A stretch of 64,000 nt of DNA from Patescibacteria group bacterium (lineage in GTDB: Bacteria > Patescibacteriota > Gracilibacteria > Peribacterales > Peribacteraceae): positions 12,739 to 76,738 of the forward strand of contig JAHIYH010000031.1 of NCBI GenBank assembly GCA_018814875.1, in the 5' to 3' direction. Below the pieces are notes generated by a model. The model ran no database searches, was not told the origin of the DNA, and saw nothing but the letters and a program-made list of their open reading frames with translations. This document shows, piece after piece, positions 38,710 to 50,108 of this stretch; position 1 is the first letter of the stretch; each line of letters opens with the position of its first letter. A program made the position numbers and the translations under genes.

Positions 38710-40353
38710 ATGCGTACTTCTTGGCGTTGGCCGATCATCCTTGGCGTGAGTTCGATTGTTATTGCTGTGTTTATGCAAGTGCCGCAATTCTTGCATCAAA
38801 TACATCCTGATTCTAAAGGCGTATTAGTTACATTGAATTCTGATGAGCATTACTACTTGGCGCGTGTGCAGGAAGCACTTTCAGGTCGTGGGGAACAGGC
38901 ATCTGAGGCATTTGTGGGAGATCCAGATATTGTGGGTACACAGCTTGCACTAATCGAGCGCTTGTATGGTGTACTTTTCTATTGGACAGGATTAAGAGCT
39001 TCTGGCGTGTTTCAAGTAATGGACAGCGTTCTGCCCGTTCTTATTTTCCTTGGGCTCTTTTTCTTCTTTCAACTCTGTGGATTTACACGCAAGCAGGCGT
39101 TATTTGGAGCGATACTTTTTGTTGTTATAGAAGCATATAACTTAAACAGACCGATTCACATGCGTGCGAGTTTCTTTGCAATGCTCATGACACTTATTTG
39201 TATTGCAGCTGGGATTACTCGTCGTCGATCGTTTGGTATTCTTGGCGGAGTTCTTTTGGGTGTACTCATTGGAGTTTATTTCTGGAGTTGGAGTTTTGCG
39301 TGGTTGTGGTGGGGGATTTATTTTGTGTGGGAATTGGGGGAGTTTGTTTGGCAACGTAGGGTGTTGGGCGTGGGGCGTGGGGCATTGGGAATATGGAAAA
39401 AGCTTCTGATTATTGGAGTGGTCGGGCTTGTTGCAGCACTTCCGTTCATATGGAATCTCTACTCGGTGATGCAGCATCCGCTCTCTGAGTACGGGGTTTT
39501 CCGCAGTGGAATGCATCCTTCGCGTATGCCTGAATCATGGATATACAGCGCATTGTTTGCAGTAATGACCGTAGGTGTACTCATGACGGTTAGAAAAAGA
39601 TATGAACAGTTACGTCCGTACCGCGCTGGAATTGTGACAGTTTTGACGGCATTTGGGTTCATGAATCAGCAGGTTATTCATGGGACAATATTTATGTTTG
39701 TGTCTCATTCCATATTCTCTCTCCTTCTTGCTCCGATAGTGGTGTTACTACTTGCATGGACACTCAGAACTAAGTGGATGATCATTGCAGCCTTAGCAGC
39801 TTGTATATATCTCGCAGGAATAGGATATGACGGAAGGTACGTGCTAGGTCAGTGGACTGTGATACCTGGGCGATTCGCAGATCAGCACTTTGCCACATTG
39901 TTGCCAGTTTTGGATGAGCTCCCGCGCGTACGTATTTTGTCTGACCCCGATAGTACAGCGTTCATTGCGAGTTATACTCATCATGATGTTGTGTATTCCA
40001 TTTATCTAAAGAACGTTCTAATGACTCATAAGGAGATTGCAGAGCGCTTCTGTACTTTGCAGATTCCCACAAATCCCGATGATTGTGACTTTGAAAACAT
40101 AGATCACCTAATTCATCCGGAAGCAAATGCAGTGTTTGGTGATCCAAGTATTAGGGAGAATGAACTTAAATTAATTAATGAAGCGTGTGCAGAAGCCGAT
40201 CGTGATCCGGCAGCATTTCTCAAAAAATTCGATGTGCAGTATGTATTGTGGGATGAAAAGAGGCAGCCAGATTGGGATTTGAGGCGATTTCGTGTTCCTT
40301 TAGAAAAAGTGGTACAAGGAGAAGGGTGGTCGTTGTGGGGGATCGACAGTTAA
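38710..40353 (+). CDS. Polytopic membrane protein, possible GT-C fold glycosyltransferase
   Basis: DE motif after the first TM (NSDEHYY), many TMs, soluble C-terminal domain (VQYVLWD). Confidence 0.55.
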   Translation: MRTSWRWPIILGVSSIVIAVFMQVPQFLHQIHPDSKGVLVTLNSDEHYYLARVQEALSGRGEQASEAFVGDPDIVGTQLALIERLYGVLFYWTGLRASGVFQVMDSVLPVLIFLGLFFFFQLCGFTRKQALFGAILFVVIEAYNLNRPIHMRASFFAMLMTLICIAAGITRRRSFGILGGVLLGVLIGVYFWSWSFAWLWWGIYFVWELGEFVWQRRVLGVGRGALGIWKKLLIIGVVGLVAALPFIWNLYSVMQHPLSEYGVFRSGMHPSRMPESWIYSALFAVMTVGVLMTVRKRYEQLRPYRAGIVTVLTAFGFMNQQVIHGTIFMFVSHSIFSLLLAPIVVLLLAWTLRTKWMIIAALAACIYLAGIGYDGRYVLGQWTVIPGRFADQHFATLLPVLDELPRVRILSDPDSTAFIASYTHHDVVYSIYLKNVLMTHKEIAERFCTLQIPTNPDDCDFENIDHLIHPEANAVFGDPSIRENELKLINEACAEADRDPAAFLKKFDVQYVLWDEKRQPDWDLRRFRVPLEKVVQGEGWSLWGIDS

Positions 40354-40370
40354 CAGTTAACAATTAACAA
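40346..40370. repeat. Tandem array, 7-bp TTAACA(G/A), supplying the upstream TAA
   Basis: acagttaacagttaacaattaacaa. Confidence 0.8.
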
Positions 40371-40383
40371 AATTACTAACAAG

Positions 40384-41289
40384 CTAATTGCTATTGTACC
40401 ATTCAACAGTCTTCTTAATTCCCTCATCAAATGGCGTCAGTGGCTCGTAACCAAGCAGCTTCTTCGCCTTAGAGATATCTGCGATGTACTGAATTACTTC
40501 ACCAGGACGATTGTCTTGGATGTCTATTTCGGAATCGCTTCCATGAAGCTCTTTCAGGACTTCTGCGAGACGAACAATAGTAGTTGCATCCCCAAATGCC
40601 AGATTGATTGTCTCGTTCTTTGCATCATCAAATTTTTCTACTGCAAGTATCAGGCCATTTACTGTGTCGTCGATATATGTAAAGTCGAGACACTTATCTT
40701 TGCCAAATATAGTCATTGTCTCATTCGCTTTTGCTTGTCTGATAAAGAGGGGGATTACGCGATCAGAATCGTCATACATTCCGTAGACATTAGAGAGCCG
40801 GAACACGATTCCATCAATTCCATAACAACGCCAGTAGGCTTTCATTAGTGCCTCGCCTCCAATCTTGCTAGCTGTATATGCACTCTCGCAGTTATCTACA
40901 CGCATCATGTCTTCGGTATGTGGGTCATTTGTATCATTACCATATGTTTCTCTTGATGATGTGAAGATGAAACGTTTGATATTATTCTTCCGTGCAAATT
41001 CAAGAGTGTTGTAGGTAGAAATGAAATTATCTCGAGCCATATCCGGTTCTTTTACAAGTTCATAAACACGCGCGTTGGCAGCCAAATGTATGATTATATC
41101 TATGTCTTTGGGCAGTTTGTCGAGTTGAGATTCGTCTCTCAGGTCAACAATTGTCGTTATTTGGTCGATATTACTCTGCCACTTATTTGGCTTCCAATCT
41201 GCACCAATAACCTCGTAGCCCTTTTCTATGAGCTTTTCGCATAAGCGTGTGCCAATCGTTCCAGAGGAACCAGTAACGAGGATTTTCAT
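40384..41289 (-). CDS. NAD-dependent epimerase/dehydratase
   Basis: TGSSGTIG, HLAANA, YTASK, NVYG, DFTYIDD. Confidence 0.9.
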   Translation of the reverse strand: MKILVTGSSGTIGTRLCEKLIEKGYEVIGADWKPNKWQSNIDQITTIVDLRDESQLDKLPKDIDIIIHLAANARVYELVKEPDMARDNFISTYNTLEFARKNNIKRFIFTSSRETYGNDTNDPHTEDMMRVDNCESAYTASKIGGEALMKAYWRCYGIDGIVFRLSNVYGMYDDSDRVIPLFIRQAKANETMTIFGKDKCLDFTYIDDTVNGLILAVEKFDDAKNETINLAFGDATTIVRLAEVLKELHGSDSEIDIQDNRPGEVIQYIADISKAKKLLGYEPLTPFDEGIKKTVEWYNSN

Positions 41290-41307
41290 CCCAGCTATCC
41301 TAGAGGA

Positions 41308-41375
41308 AAATCACAAATACCAAATCACAAAACTCAATAAAATATCAAAGCTCAGCGTTTTAGGATTTGGATCTT
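41308..41375. repeat. Degenerate inverted array, 7-bp AAATCAC/AAATACC
   Basis: aaatcacaaataccaaatcacaaa ... tttaggatttggatctt. Confidence 0.6.
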
Positions 41376-41437
41376 ATACCAATTCCATTTCGAAACCGCA
41401 CAAATATCCATTCAGCCCATATCTGCGATTAATGCGC

Positions 41438-41502
41438 CGCCTGCCCCTCGTAGCCAAGCCTGCCGGCCATAGCCCAGAAGCGACGGCTGGAGGCGAAGTG
41501 GG
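41438..41502. repeat. GC-rich REP-like element with a second copy nested inside it
   Basis: Inner 41458-41490 is a near reverse complement of 51371-51401; outer ccctcgtagcc...ggcgaagtggg. Confidence 0.7.
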
Positions 41503-41611
41503 GAAGCTTTCTTTCAAGTCAAAAACTGTGAATTAATATTATGTGGAGTTAATAATATTTTGAAAGCGAAGGCGTATTACTCATAATCATTTCCCATGCT
41601 ACTCTCAACAC

Positions 41612-43498
<1,887 letters not shown>

Positions 43499-43510
<12 letters not shown>

Positions 43511-44800
43511 AGCAATCACGATCCGAGCATCTTCATACAAAACTTTCATTTTAGGTGGGTCAGGCAGTTTATCTTTCTTGAGAATTATAAATGTTCCATT
43601 TACTCCTTCTAAGTTCATAAATCGTCCGACATGTAACCGTGGTTCTAAGTACCAACGTAAATGATGGCCGGGGTAACCAAGTACATATACTTCTTCTGTG
43701 TTTTTGAGTATCTCATTAATTTTATTAGTGTGAGTATTCCAATAGGGATCGTTTGTATAGAGATGATGTGCAAATGGGGCGAGTGTGTGTGGTCCAAGAA
43801 AAAGGAAGGTTGTGATAGTAAGAGAGATGATACTGAGTGTGCGAAGCGTTGGAGTCAGACGCATTAGTAATACAGCAATCGGAAGCGCAAGAAGAATCAG
43901 ATGCGTTGAATAGTATTCGTGCGCAGGTCCCAGTAGGAAGCCAGTGAGAATTATAGTCGCGAGTAGTGTCCATACAGGCCACGGCAATGCGCGAAACCAT
44001 CGCAAACTTATAAGTGAGAAGATGGCAAATAGTGTTAGTAGATGCCACCACGTAAAAACAAGTTCGGAAATTCTTTGAACAAATCCCGAAAGTCCGTACA
44101 TATTACCTCCGTACAGAAGAACAGTCGCAAGTACGCCAGGATGTGTAAGGAAAAATAGTCCAACAGGAATAAGACTCAAGAGAAGTATCCATGCAACTTC
44201 ATCACGCACAATCGCTTTACGTTTTTCGATGAGCAATCCAAAGAGAAGTAAAACCGGAAAAACAAGCCCTTGAGATTTCATGAACGATGCGGCGACACTT
44301 GCGATGAATAGCCCGATGAGCCACATAAATGCGCCTGTTTCCACCTTCGCTGCAGCTTCGGCGGGCCCGCGCCTGTTCACTGACTCGTTGGCCTTGATGT
44401 AACAGAGGAGTGTGAGTAGCCATGCAAAGCATAGGTAAATGCTTGGATAGGCGAGACGAGAGAAGAGGATATGACTTGGGAATAGTGCTGCGATAGCAGT
44501 CGCCAGAAGTGCCGATCGTTTTTCGAAGAAATTACGGGCCAATACATAGAACAATGGAATGGTTGCTATCCCCATTGCTACAGAAACACCGCGTGCGACG
44601 ATTGTTTCAAATCCAAATATGCTCTGCACTGCAACAATCATCTGCATTGCAAGTGGAGTCCATGCGGCAGACTTGCCCAGAGCGAGTTGCACTTCATCAG
44701 TGAGCATATCAGGCAGGCCAACGTCGGTCATTCTTAGAATGATTCCAAGTAAGATCAAAAGCCAAAGGAAGATGTCACTTCGGATACGCATCATAGACAT
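43499..44800 (-). CDS. ArnT/PMT-like GT-C glycosyltransferase
   Basis: LR after TM1, DE motif (LTDEV), AR..S...G, PSHILFSR, many TMs. Confidence 0.72.
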
Positions 44801-45069
44801 GTGGTAATAAATTCTTTTTCTCCAAATTCAAAACGTGATCGATATTGGTGAGTCCAGTGGTAGCACACCTTTCCTTCTTCTTTTGAAATTGAATCAAGTT
44901 CTGTATTCACCATCCAAAATCCTTGTTTTCGCATCTCTTCAATTGCAAGTGGAGCCTTTTCTCTCACTTCACTATCTAGAAATGGGAGCATGCCTGGCAT
45001 TAGTATAAGCGAGGGGATGCTAATGAACAGAGTCAATATTGAGCAGATGATGATGGCGCGATTATTCAT
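44791..45069 (-). CDS. Small hypothetical protein with an N-terminal membrane anchor
   Basis: MNNRAIIICSILTLFISIPSLIL... then a soluble part; the longer ORF-track extension overlaps a repeat array and the next gene. Confidence 0.55.
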   Translation of the reverse strand: MNNRAIIICSILTLFISIPSLILMPGMLPFLDSEVREKAPLAIEEMRKQGFWMVNTELDSISKEEGKVCYHWTHQYRSRFEFGEKEFITTCL

Positions 45070-45100
45070 CGCAATTATTGTATTCTTTATATATTGAATC

Positions 45101-45156
45101 CGGAATTTGATTATTCGAATAATGGAATAATCGAATATTCTATTATTCGAATTCCG
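45101..45156. repeat. Palindromic degenerate array, 8-bp ATTATTCG / CGAATAAT
   Basis: cggaatttgattattcgaataatggaataatcgaatattctattattcgaattccg. Confidence 0.75.
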
Positions 45157-45187
45157 CATTTCTGATATTAGGTTTATGATTTTCACA

Positions 45188-46279
45188 ATGATTTCTCTTA
45201 TATTACCAACGTACAACGAAGCAGAGAACATTCCTGAGCTTCTTCCTAAGATTGAGGAGATCTTATCGGGCATTCCGCACGAAATTATCATTGTGGATGA
45301 TGATTCTCCTGATAAAACGTGGCAGGTGGCGTTGGATCTTTCTCAGAATAAAGAAGATGTGCACGTTATTCGTAGAGTTGATAAACGAGGGCTTTCCTCT
45401 GCAGTCATTGATGGGTTCCTTGCAGCTAAGGGAGATGTATTTGCAGTAATGGATGCGGATGGGCAGCACGATATGGAATTACTTCCAAAGTTGTACGTAG
45501 CAGTTAAGGAAAACAATGGCCTCGCAATTGGATCAAGATATATTGAAGGCGGAAGCGTAGGCGGTTGGGATGAACGAAGACACTTTTTGAGCAAGATTGC
45601 GACAAAGATGGCATTGCATATTTGCAGTGTAAAAGTAAAAGATCCGATGAGTGGATTTTTTGCACTTGATCGCAAAGTATTTGAAGAAGTTTTACCAAGA
45701 TTAAATCCAAAGGGATTCAAAATCCTTCTCGACTTACTCGTGCATGTCCCCAAAGAAACCAAAGCTACGGAAACACCTTACACATTCGGTGTTCGTCAAT
45801 TAGGAAAGAGCAAACTCTCTTGGAAAGTGCAGATAGAATTTTTGGAATATCTTTACGATGTGACTGTAGGAAGATTCATTCCGCTGACATTCGTAAAGTT
45901 CTGCATTGTTGGAACATTTGGAGTTTTTGTTCACTTGATAGCGTACGGTGTTATCTCTCGTTCCATCATGGATGGGGATCCACTGACGATCGGAGGGTTC
46001 TCATTTGCAGTAATTGGAGCCACAGAAATTGCAATTATCTTCAATTATCTGCTGAATAACTCCTGGACATTTGCACATCAAAAGTTACGAGGAACATCAG
46101 CAATAGTTGGTTTCTTCAAATACAACGTTGCATGCTCGTTTGGGGCACTGGCAAATTGGGCGGTTAGTGCTTATCTCTTCTCGATTGGGTGGATTGATTT
46201 TCTGGCGGTCTTCACAGGAGCAATTGTTGGAGTTATGTGGAACTACACGATGAATAGGATGTTTACTTGGCGAAAGTAG
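45188..46279 (+). CDS. GT2 (Dol-P-Man synthase-like) fused to a C-terminal GtrA domain
   Basis: PTYNEAEN, VDDDSPDKT, MDADGQH, DPMSGFF; then KFCIVG...NYLLNNSWTF...WNY...FTW. Confidence 0.9.
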   Translation: MISLILPTYNEAENIPELLPKIEEILSGIPHEIIIVDDDSPDKTWQVALDLSQNKEDVHVIRRVDKRGLSSAVIDGFLAAKGDVFAVMDADGQHDMELLPKLYVAVKENNGLAIGSRYIEGGSVGGWDERRHFLSKIATKMALHICSVKVKDPMSGFFALDRKVFEEVLPRLNPKGFKILLDLLVHVPKETKATETPYTFGVRQLGKSKLSWKVQIEFLEYLYDVTVGRFIPLTFVKFCIVGTFGVFVHLIAYGVISRSIMDGDPLTIGGFSFAVIGATEIAIIFNYLLNNSWTFAHQKLRGTSAIVGFFKYNVACSFGALANWAVSAYLFSIGWIDFLAVFTGAIVGVMWNYTMNRMFTWRK

Positions 46280-46358
46280 TATTTCGTATTTCGTATCTCG
46301 TATTTCGTATCTAGCATGGCCTTTAGACCGAAATACTAAATACTAGATACTAAATACG
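46279..46358. repeat. Inverted tandem array, 7-bp GTATTTC / GAAATAC, between convergent genes
   Basis: gtatttcgtatttcgtatctcgtatttcgtatctag ... gaaatactaaatactagatactaaatacg; touches both stop codons. Confidence 0.93.
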
Positions 46359-47297
46359 ATAGTACTCGCGGTACCATTCCACAAACTTAGGCACTCCATC
46401 CTTAATTTGTGTCTTAGGTTCGTATCCAAGATCTCTCTTTGCCTTGGAGACATCCGCAAGACTTGCTCGCACATCTCCTTTCTGCATTGGCATAAAGTTC
46501 TTCTGAGCCTCTTTTCCACATGCTTCTTCGATTGTTGTGATGAAGTCCATGAGCTCTTCTTGTCTTCCAGAGCCTAAGTTGTATGCCTCCTCCTCAGCAT
46601 TGTTATCGATTGCTCCGATTGTGCCTGCAACAATATCTTCAACAAAAGTGAAGTCGCGTTGCATTTTTCCTTCGCCGAATACGTTAATGGGTTTGTCGTT
46701 CAGAATTGCATCTGTAAATAGGAAGAGTGCCATGTCTGGGCGCCCCCATGGTCCGTAAACCGTGAAGAATCGAAGTCCTGTAACAGGAATTCCATACAGG
46801 TGATGGTATGTATGGGCCATTAGTTCATTGTTTTTCTTGGTCATGCCGTAGAGTGCCAGCTGACTATCTGTTCGATCATCTTCGCTTGATGGTAGCTTCT
46901 TGTTATCACCATAAATAGAACTTGAAGAAGCGTAGATAAAACCGGGGATTTCTTGCATGCGTGCCTCATCTATCATCTCGAATGTTCCTTGGATATTATT
47001 CAGAATAAATTCATCTGGATGCTCAAACGAGTAGCGCACTCCGGCGAGTGCAGCTAAGTGGCACACACGATCTACTCCTTTCATAGCTCCACGTACTGTC
47101 TTGCGGTCTGTAATATCTCCACGTACGAGTGTGAATCCTTTTACTCCTTCCAACTGTTTGATTCTGTCCTCTTTAAGCTGAGGATCGTAGTAGGGATTGA
47201 AGTTATCTATTCCGATTACTTCATCACCACGTGCGAGTAGAACTTTCGCCGTATGGAAGCCAATGAACCCTGCCGCTCCTGTTAGTAGAATCTTCAT
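46350..47297 (-). CDS. UDP-glucuronate 4-epimerase-like NAD-dependent epimerase
   Basis: TGAAGFIG, HLAALAGVRYS, YGMTKK, LRFFTVYGPWGRPDMA. Confidence 0.92.
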   Translation of the reverse strand: MKILLTGAAGFIGFHTAKVLLARGDEVIGIDNFNPYYDPQLKEDRIKQLEGVKGFTLVRGDITDRKTVRGAMKGVDRVCHLAALAGVRYSFEHPDEFILNNIQGTFEMIDEARMQEIPGFIYASSSSIYGDNKKLPSSEDDRTDSQLALYGMTKKNNELMAHTYHHLYGIPVTGLRFFTVYGPWGRPDMALFLFTDAILNDKPINVFGEGKMQRDFTFVEDIVAGTIGAIDNNAEEEAYNLGSGRQEELMDFITTIEEACGKEAQKNFMPMQKGDVRASLADVSKAKRDLGYEPKTQIKDGVPKFVEWYREYYRI

Positions 47298-47390
47298 TAG
47301 TTTCTAGTTTATTAGTTTTTAGTTTTTAGTTACACCGTTTTTGCTCCTTTTTAGTAAACTAGGAACCAGAAACTAGCTAACCAGAAACTG
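47298..47390. repeat. Inverted tandem array, 7-bp TAGTTT(T/C) / AAACTAG
   Basis: tagtttctagtttattagtttttagtttttagtt ... aaactaggaaccagaaactagctaaccagaaactg; fills the intergenic gap. Confidence 0.85.
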
Positions 47391-48698
47391 TCAAAGTCCT
47401 ATCCCATGGTACTGCAGTCCAGCTTCGCGGACTTCGTCTGGTTCATAAATATTTCTTCCATCAAAGATGTCGTTTCCCTTCATTGTTTCTTTAAGTTTGT
47501 TTAGATCTATTCCGCGGAACTCATCCCATTCTGTAAGAACTATAACGGCATCAGCTTCATCAGCCGCCGCAAATGGATTTTTAGTGAATTCAATTTCTTT
47601 AGGAAGCAGAGGCTTGGCTGTCTCGATTGCAGCTGGATCAAACGCACGTACAGTATGTCCGGCACTAACAAGATCTGGAATTAGATCCAAGCTCGGAGCT
47701 TCGCGCATATCATCTGTCTTAGGTTTAAAACTAAGTCCCAACACTCCAATAGTAGCATTGGGTGGCAGAGCATCTAGAATCTTCTTAAAGAACCGTTTTC
47801 GTTGTCGTGTATTAATCTTGTCTGTTGCTTCTACAATTTCCATTGGAATATCCAGTTCCTTTGCCGTAGCCAGAAGAGCCTTAACATCTTTTGGGAAACA
47901 ACTTCCTCCATATCCAATGCCTGCGTGTAAAAATCTTGGACCAATGCGATCATCCAGACCTACGCCTTTTGCGACATCACGAATATTAGCGCCGGTCTTC
48001 TCGGTCAATTCAGTAAGCATGTTGATGAAGCTGATCTTGGTTGCCAGAAGCGCGTTACTTGCATACTTCACAATTTCAGAGCTCTCTCGACTCATGAAGA
48101 CCAATGGTTTGCCGACTCTTGTTATTGGGCGATAGAGCTCTTCCATCAGTTCGCGTGCCCATTCATTGTGATTCACACCAACTATTACACGGTCTGGCAT
48201 TAGCGTGTCATTTACTGCCATGCCCTCACGAAGAAATTCAGGATTAGATACAACAGGGATTGATAGATTTTCTTCGCGTTCATGAAGGATTGTTGCAATA
48301 CGTTCCTCGCACTGCTTTCCGGTTCCAACTGGTACAGTAGATTTGTTTACAAACACCAAGTCGTGATCTGCATGCTTCGCAACCGTTTCTGCAACTGTGA
48401 AAACTGCTCGTAAGTCAGCTTTGTGCCCCTCGCCGGGGGGAGTGGCAACTGCTGAGAAAACGATCTGACATTCAGGTAGTACTTCATTCAAGTCAGTTGT
48501 AAAAGAAAGTCGGCCATTCTTGAGTCCTTCTCTTAGTAGCTCTTCTAATCCAGGTTCATAGATCGGGCTTTCCCCCTTCTTTATCTTCGCGATTTTCTTC
48601 TCATCAATATCTATGCCGTATACCTCGTGCCCCAGCTCTGCGAAGCAGGCAGCGGAGACTAATCCTACGTAACCGGTACCTATTACTGCGATTTTCAT
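47391..48698 (-). CDS. ugd: UDP-glucose 6-dehydrogenase
   Basis: IGTGYVGL, KSTVPVGT, SNPEFLREG, GYGGSCFPKD, FKPKTDDMREAP, DGRN. Confidence 0.95.
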   Translation of the reverse strand: MKIAVIGTGYVGLVSAACFAELGHEVYGIDIDEKKIAKIKKGESPIYEPGLEELLREGLKNGRLSFTTDLNEVLPECQIVFSAVATPPGEGHKADLRAVFTVAETVAKHADHDLVFVNKSTVPVGTGKQCEERIATILHEREENLSIPVVSNPEFLREGMAVNDTLMPDRVIVGVNHNEWARELMEELYRPITRVGKPLVFMSRESSEIVKYASNALLATKISFINMLTELTEKTGANIRDVAKGVGLDDRIGPRFLHAGIGYGGSCFPKDVKALLATAKELDIPMEIVEATDKINTRQRKRFFKKILDALPPNATIGVLGLSFKPKTDDMREAPSLDLIPDLVSAGHTVRAFDPAAIETAKPLLPKEIEFTKNPFAAADEADAVIVLTEWDEFRGIDLNKLKETMKGNDIFDGRNIYEPDEVREAGLQYHGIGL

Positions 48699-48701
48699 AA
48701 A

Positions 48702-48793
48702 AAATTGATAATGGAAAATTGATAATTGACAATTATGTTATGGAACATAAGCGTCTTACCAATTGTCCATTGTCCATTGTTAATTATCAATTA
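48702..48793. repeat. Inverted tandem array, 7-bp AATTGA(T/C) / (A/G)TCAATT
   Basis: aattgataatggaaaattgataattgacaatt ... aattgtccattgtccattgttaattatcaatt. Confidence 0.88.
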
Positions 48794-48836
48794 ATTCGAG
48801 CTAGTTTTTACGCTGAAATTATGCGATTCTCTCCAT

Positions 48837-49787
48837 ATGAAAAAAAAGATCTTAATAACCGGTTCTGTCGCATACGACGTCATGCTCGGATATGATGGGT
48901 CCTTTGCGAAAGCTATAAACCCAGAGACAATCGACAGCTTGTCCCTTTCCTTCTTCTCGCCGCACTACGCACGGCATCATGGAGGAACTGGAGCGAATAT
49001 TGCATGGAGTTTGAAGTTACTTGGTGAAGATCCACTACTCGTCAGTTCGGTTGGAAGTGATGGCCGAGAGTACACAGCAGTTTTGGAGAAGCAGGGAATT
49101 GATACAGGTCACATAGAAATTTTGGAAGATCACGTTACCGCAACCGCGATTGTTGGAACGGATAGTGATGAACGACAGATCGCATTTTTTCATCCGGGTG
49201 CAGATTCACATGGAACTTGGCCGGATCTATCCCAAGATCGTGATGACTTGGCGTATGCCATAGTCAGCCCACGTGATACAACTGCAATGGTGAGTGGGAT
49301 GGAATGGTGCAAGAAGTTTGGAGTTCCAGTTATATTCGATCCTGGTCAGCAGATCATTTCTTTTGGAGAAGATGCGTTAGAGCGGATGGTTCGTATGGGA
49401 TCTGCACTTATTGCAAACGAATACGAATGGGATTTGGTGCAGAAGAAATTATCGTGTGATGGTAAAAGTATTCTGGAACTTGTTCCTCTAGTGATTGTTA
49501 CACTGGGCGATCAAGGCTTTATAGTGATTGACGAGAATGGAGCTAAGAAAATGAATGCATGTACTCCTCTTCAGGTGGTCAATCCAACAGGGGCAGGGGA
49601 TGCATTCCGTGCAGGACTTCTAAAAGGATTCGCCGCAGGATGGAATGTAATGGATTCGTGCAAATTGGGTGCGGCTTTGGGGTCACTTGCTGTGGAGAAT
49701 GAAGGGACACTCCTTTCTTCTATTGATAGTGATGAAGTAAAACTGAGAATTAAACAGGCGTATGGGGTAGATATACCTTTGGTGTAA
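48837..49787 (+). CDS. PfkB family kinase (adenosine kinase-like)
   Basis: GSVAYD, GGTGANIA, FDPGQ, NEYE, NPTGAGDAFRAG; adjacent to ahcY. Confidence 0.85.
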   Translation: MKKKILITGSVAYDVMLGYDGSFAKAINPETIDSLSLSFFSPHYARHHGGTGANIAWSLKLLGEDPLLVSSVGSDGREYTAVLEKQGIDTGHIEILEDHVTATAIVGTDSDERQIAFFHPGADSHGTWPDLSQDRDDLAYAIVSPRDTTAMVSGMEWCKKFGVPVIFDPGQQIISFGEDALERMVRMGSALIANEYEWDLVQKKLSCDGKSILELVPLVIVTLGDQGFIVIDENGAKKMNACTPLQVVNPTGAGDAFRAGLLKGFAAGWNVMDSCKLGAALGSLAVENEGTLLSSIDSDEVKLRIKQAYGVDIPLV

Positions 49788-49815
49788 GTTCCAAGGTCCA
49801 AGTTCCAAGTGCCAA
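49786..49815. repeat. Single-arm tandem array, 7-bp AAGTTCC, starting in the upstream TAA
   Basis: aagttccaaggtccaagttccaagtgccaa. Confidence 0.8.
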
Positions 49816-49896
49816 TTAGTTTTCAATGCTTTTTTCACTTTTCTTAATTTTCTCTATGCGATTGCCTCCGCCCCCGATTTCTTCCTCCAAGGTTTT

Positions 49897-50020
49897 CCTC
49901 CATCCCCCGACCCCTTCCTCCACGGGAGGAAGGGGAGCTTCGTTTAACGTGTTAAATAACTTTGTTTTCTTTAATAACGAAGCTCCCCCTCTCCTGTGGA
50001 GAGGGGGCTGGGGGGAGAGG
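49897..50020. repeat. MITE/REP-like element with long inverted arms, each containing a GC hairpin
   Basis: cctccatcccccgaccccttcctccacgggaggaaggggagcttcgtt ... aacgaagctccccctctcctgtggagagggggctggggggagagg. Confidence 0.85.
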
Positions 50021-50108
50021 CAGTAATCCGTGATTCAGACTTTTTTAGTGGAACTTTCTCCAAGAAGTAGCTTCTGCAATAGAACCTACTCTGATACTAT
50101 TTTCTCCA

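Noticed and set aside
47467-48135. 222-aa ORF and many other overlapping ORFs in the track
   Set aside because: They are antisense or off-frame shadows of well-supported genes (here ugd) with no motifs of their own.
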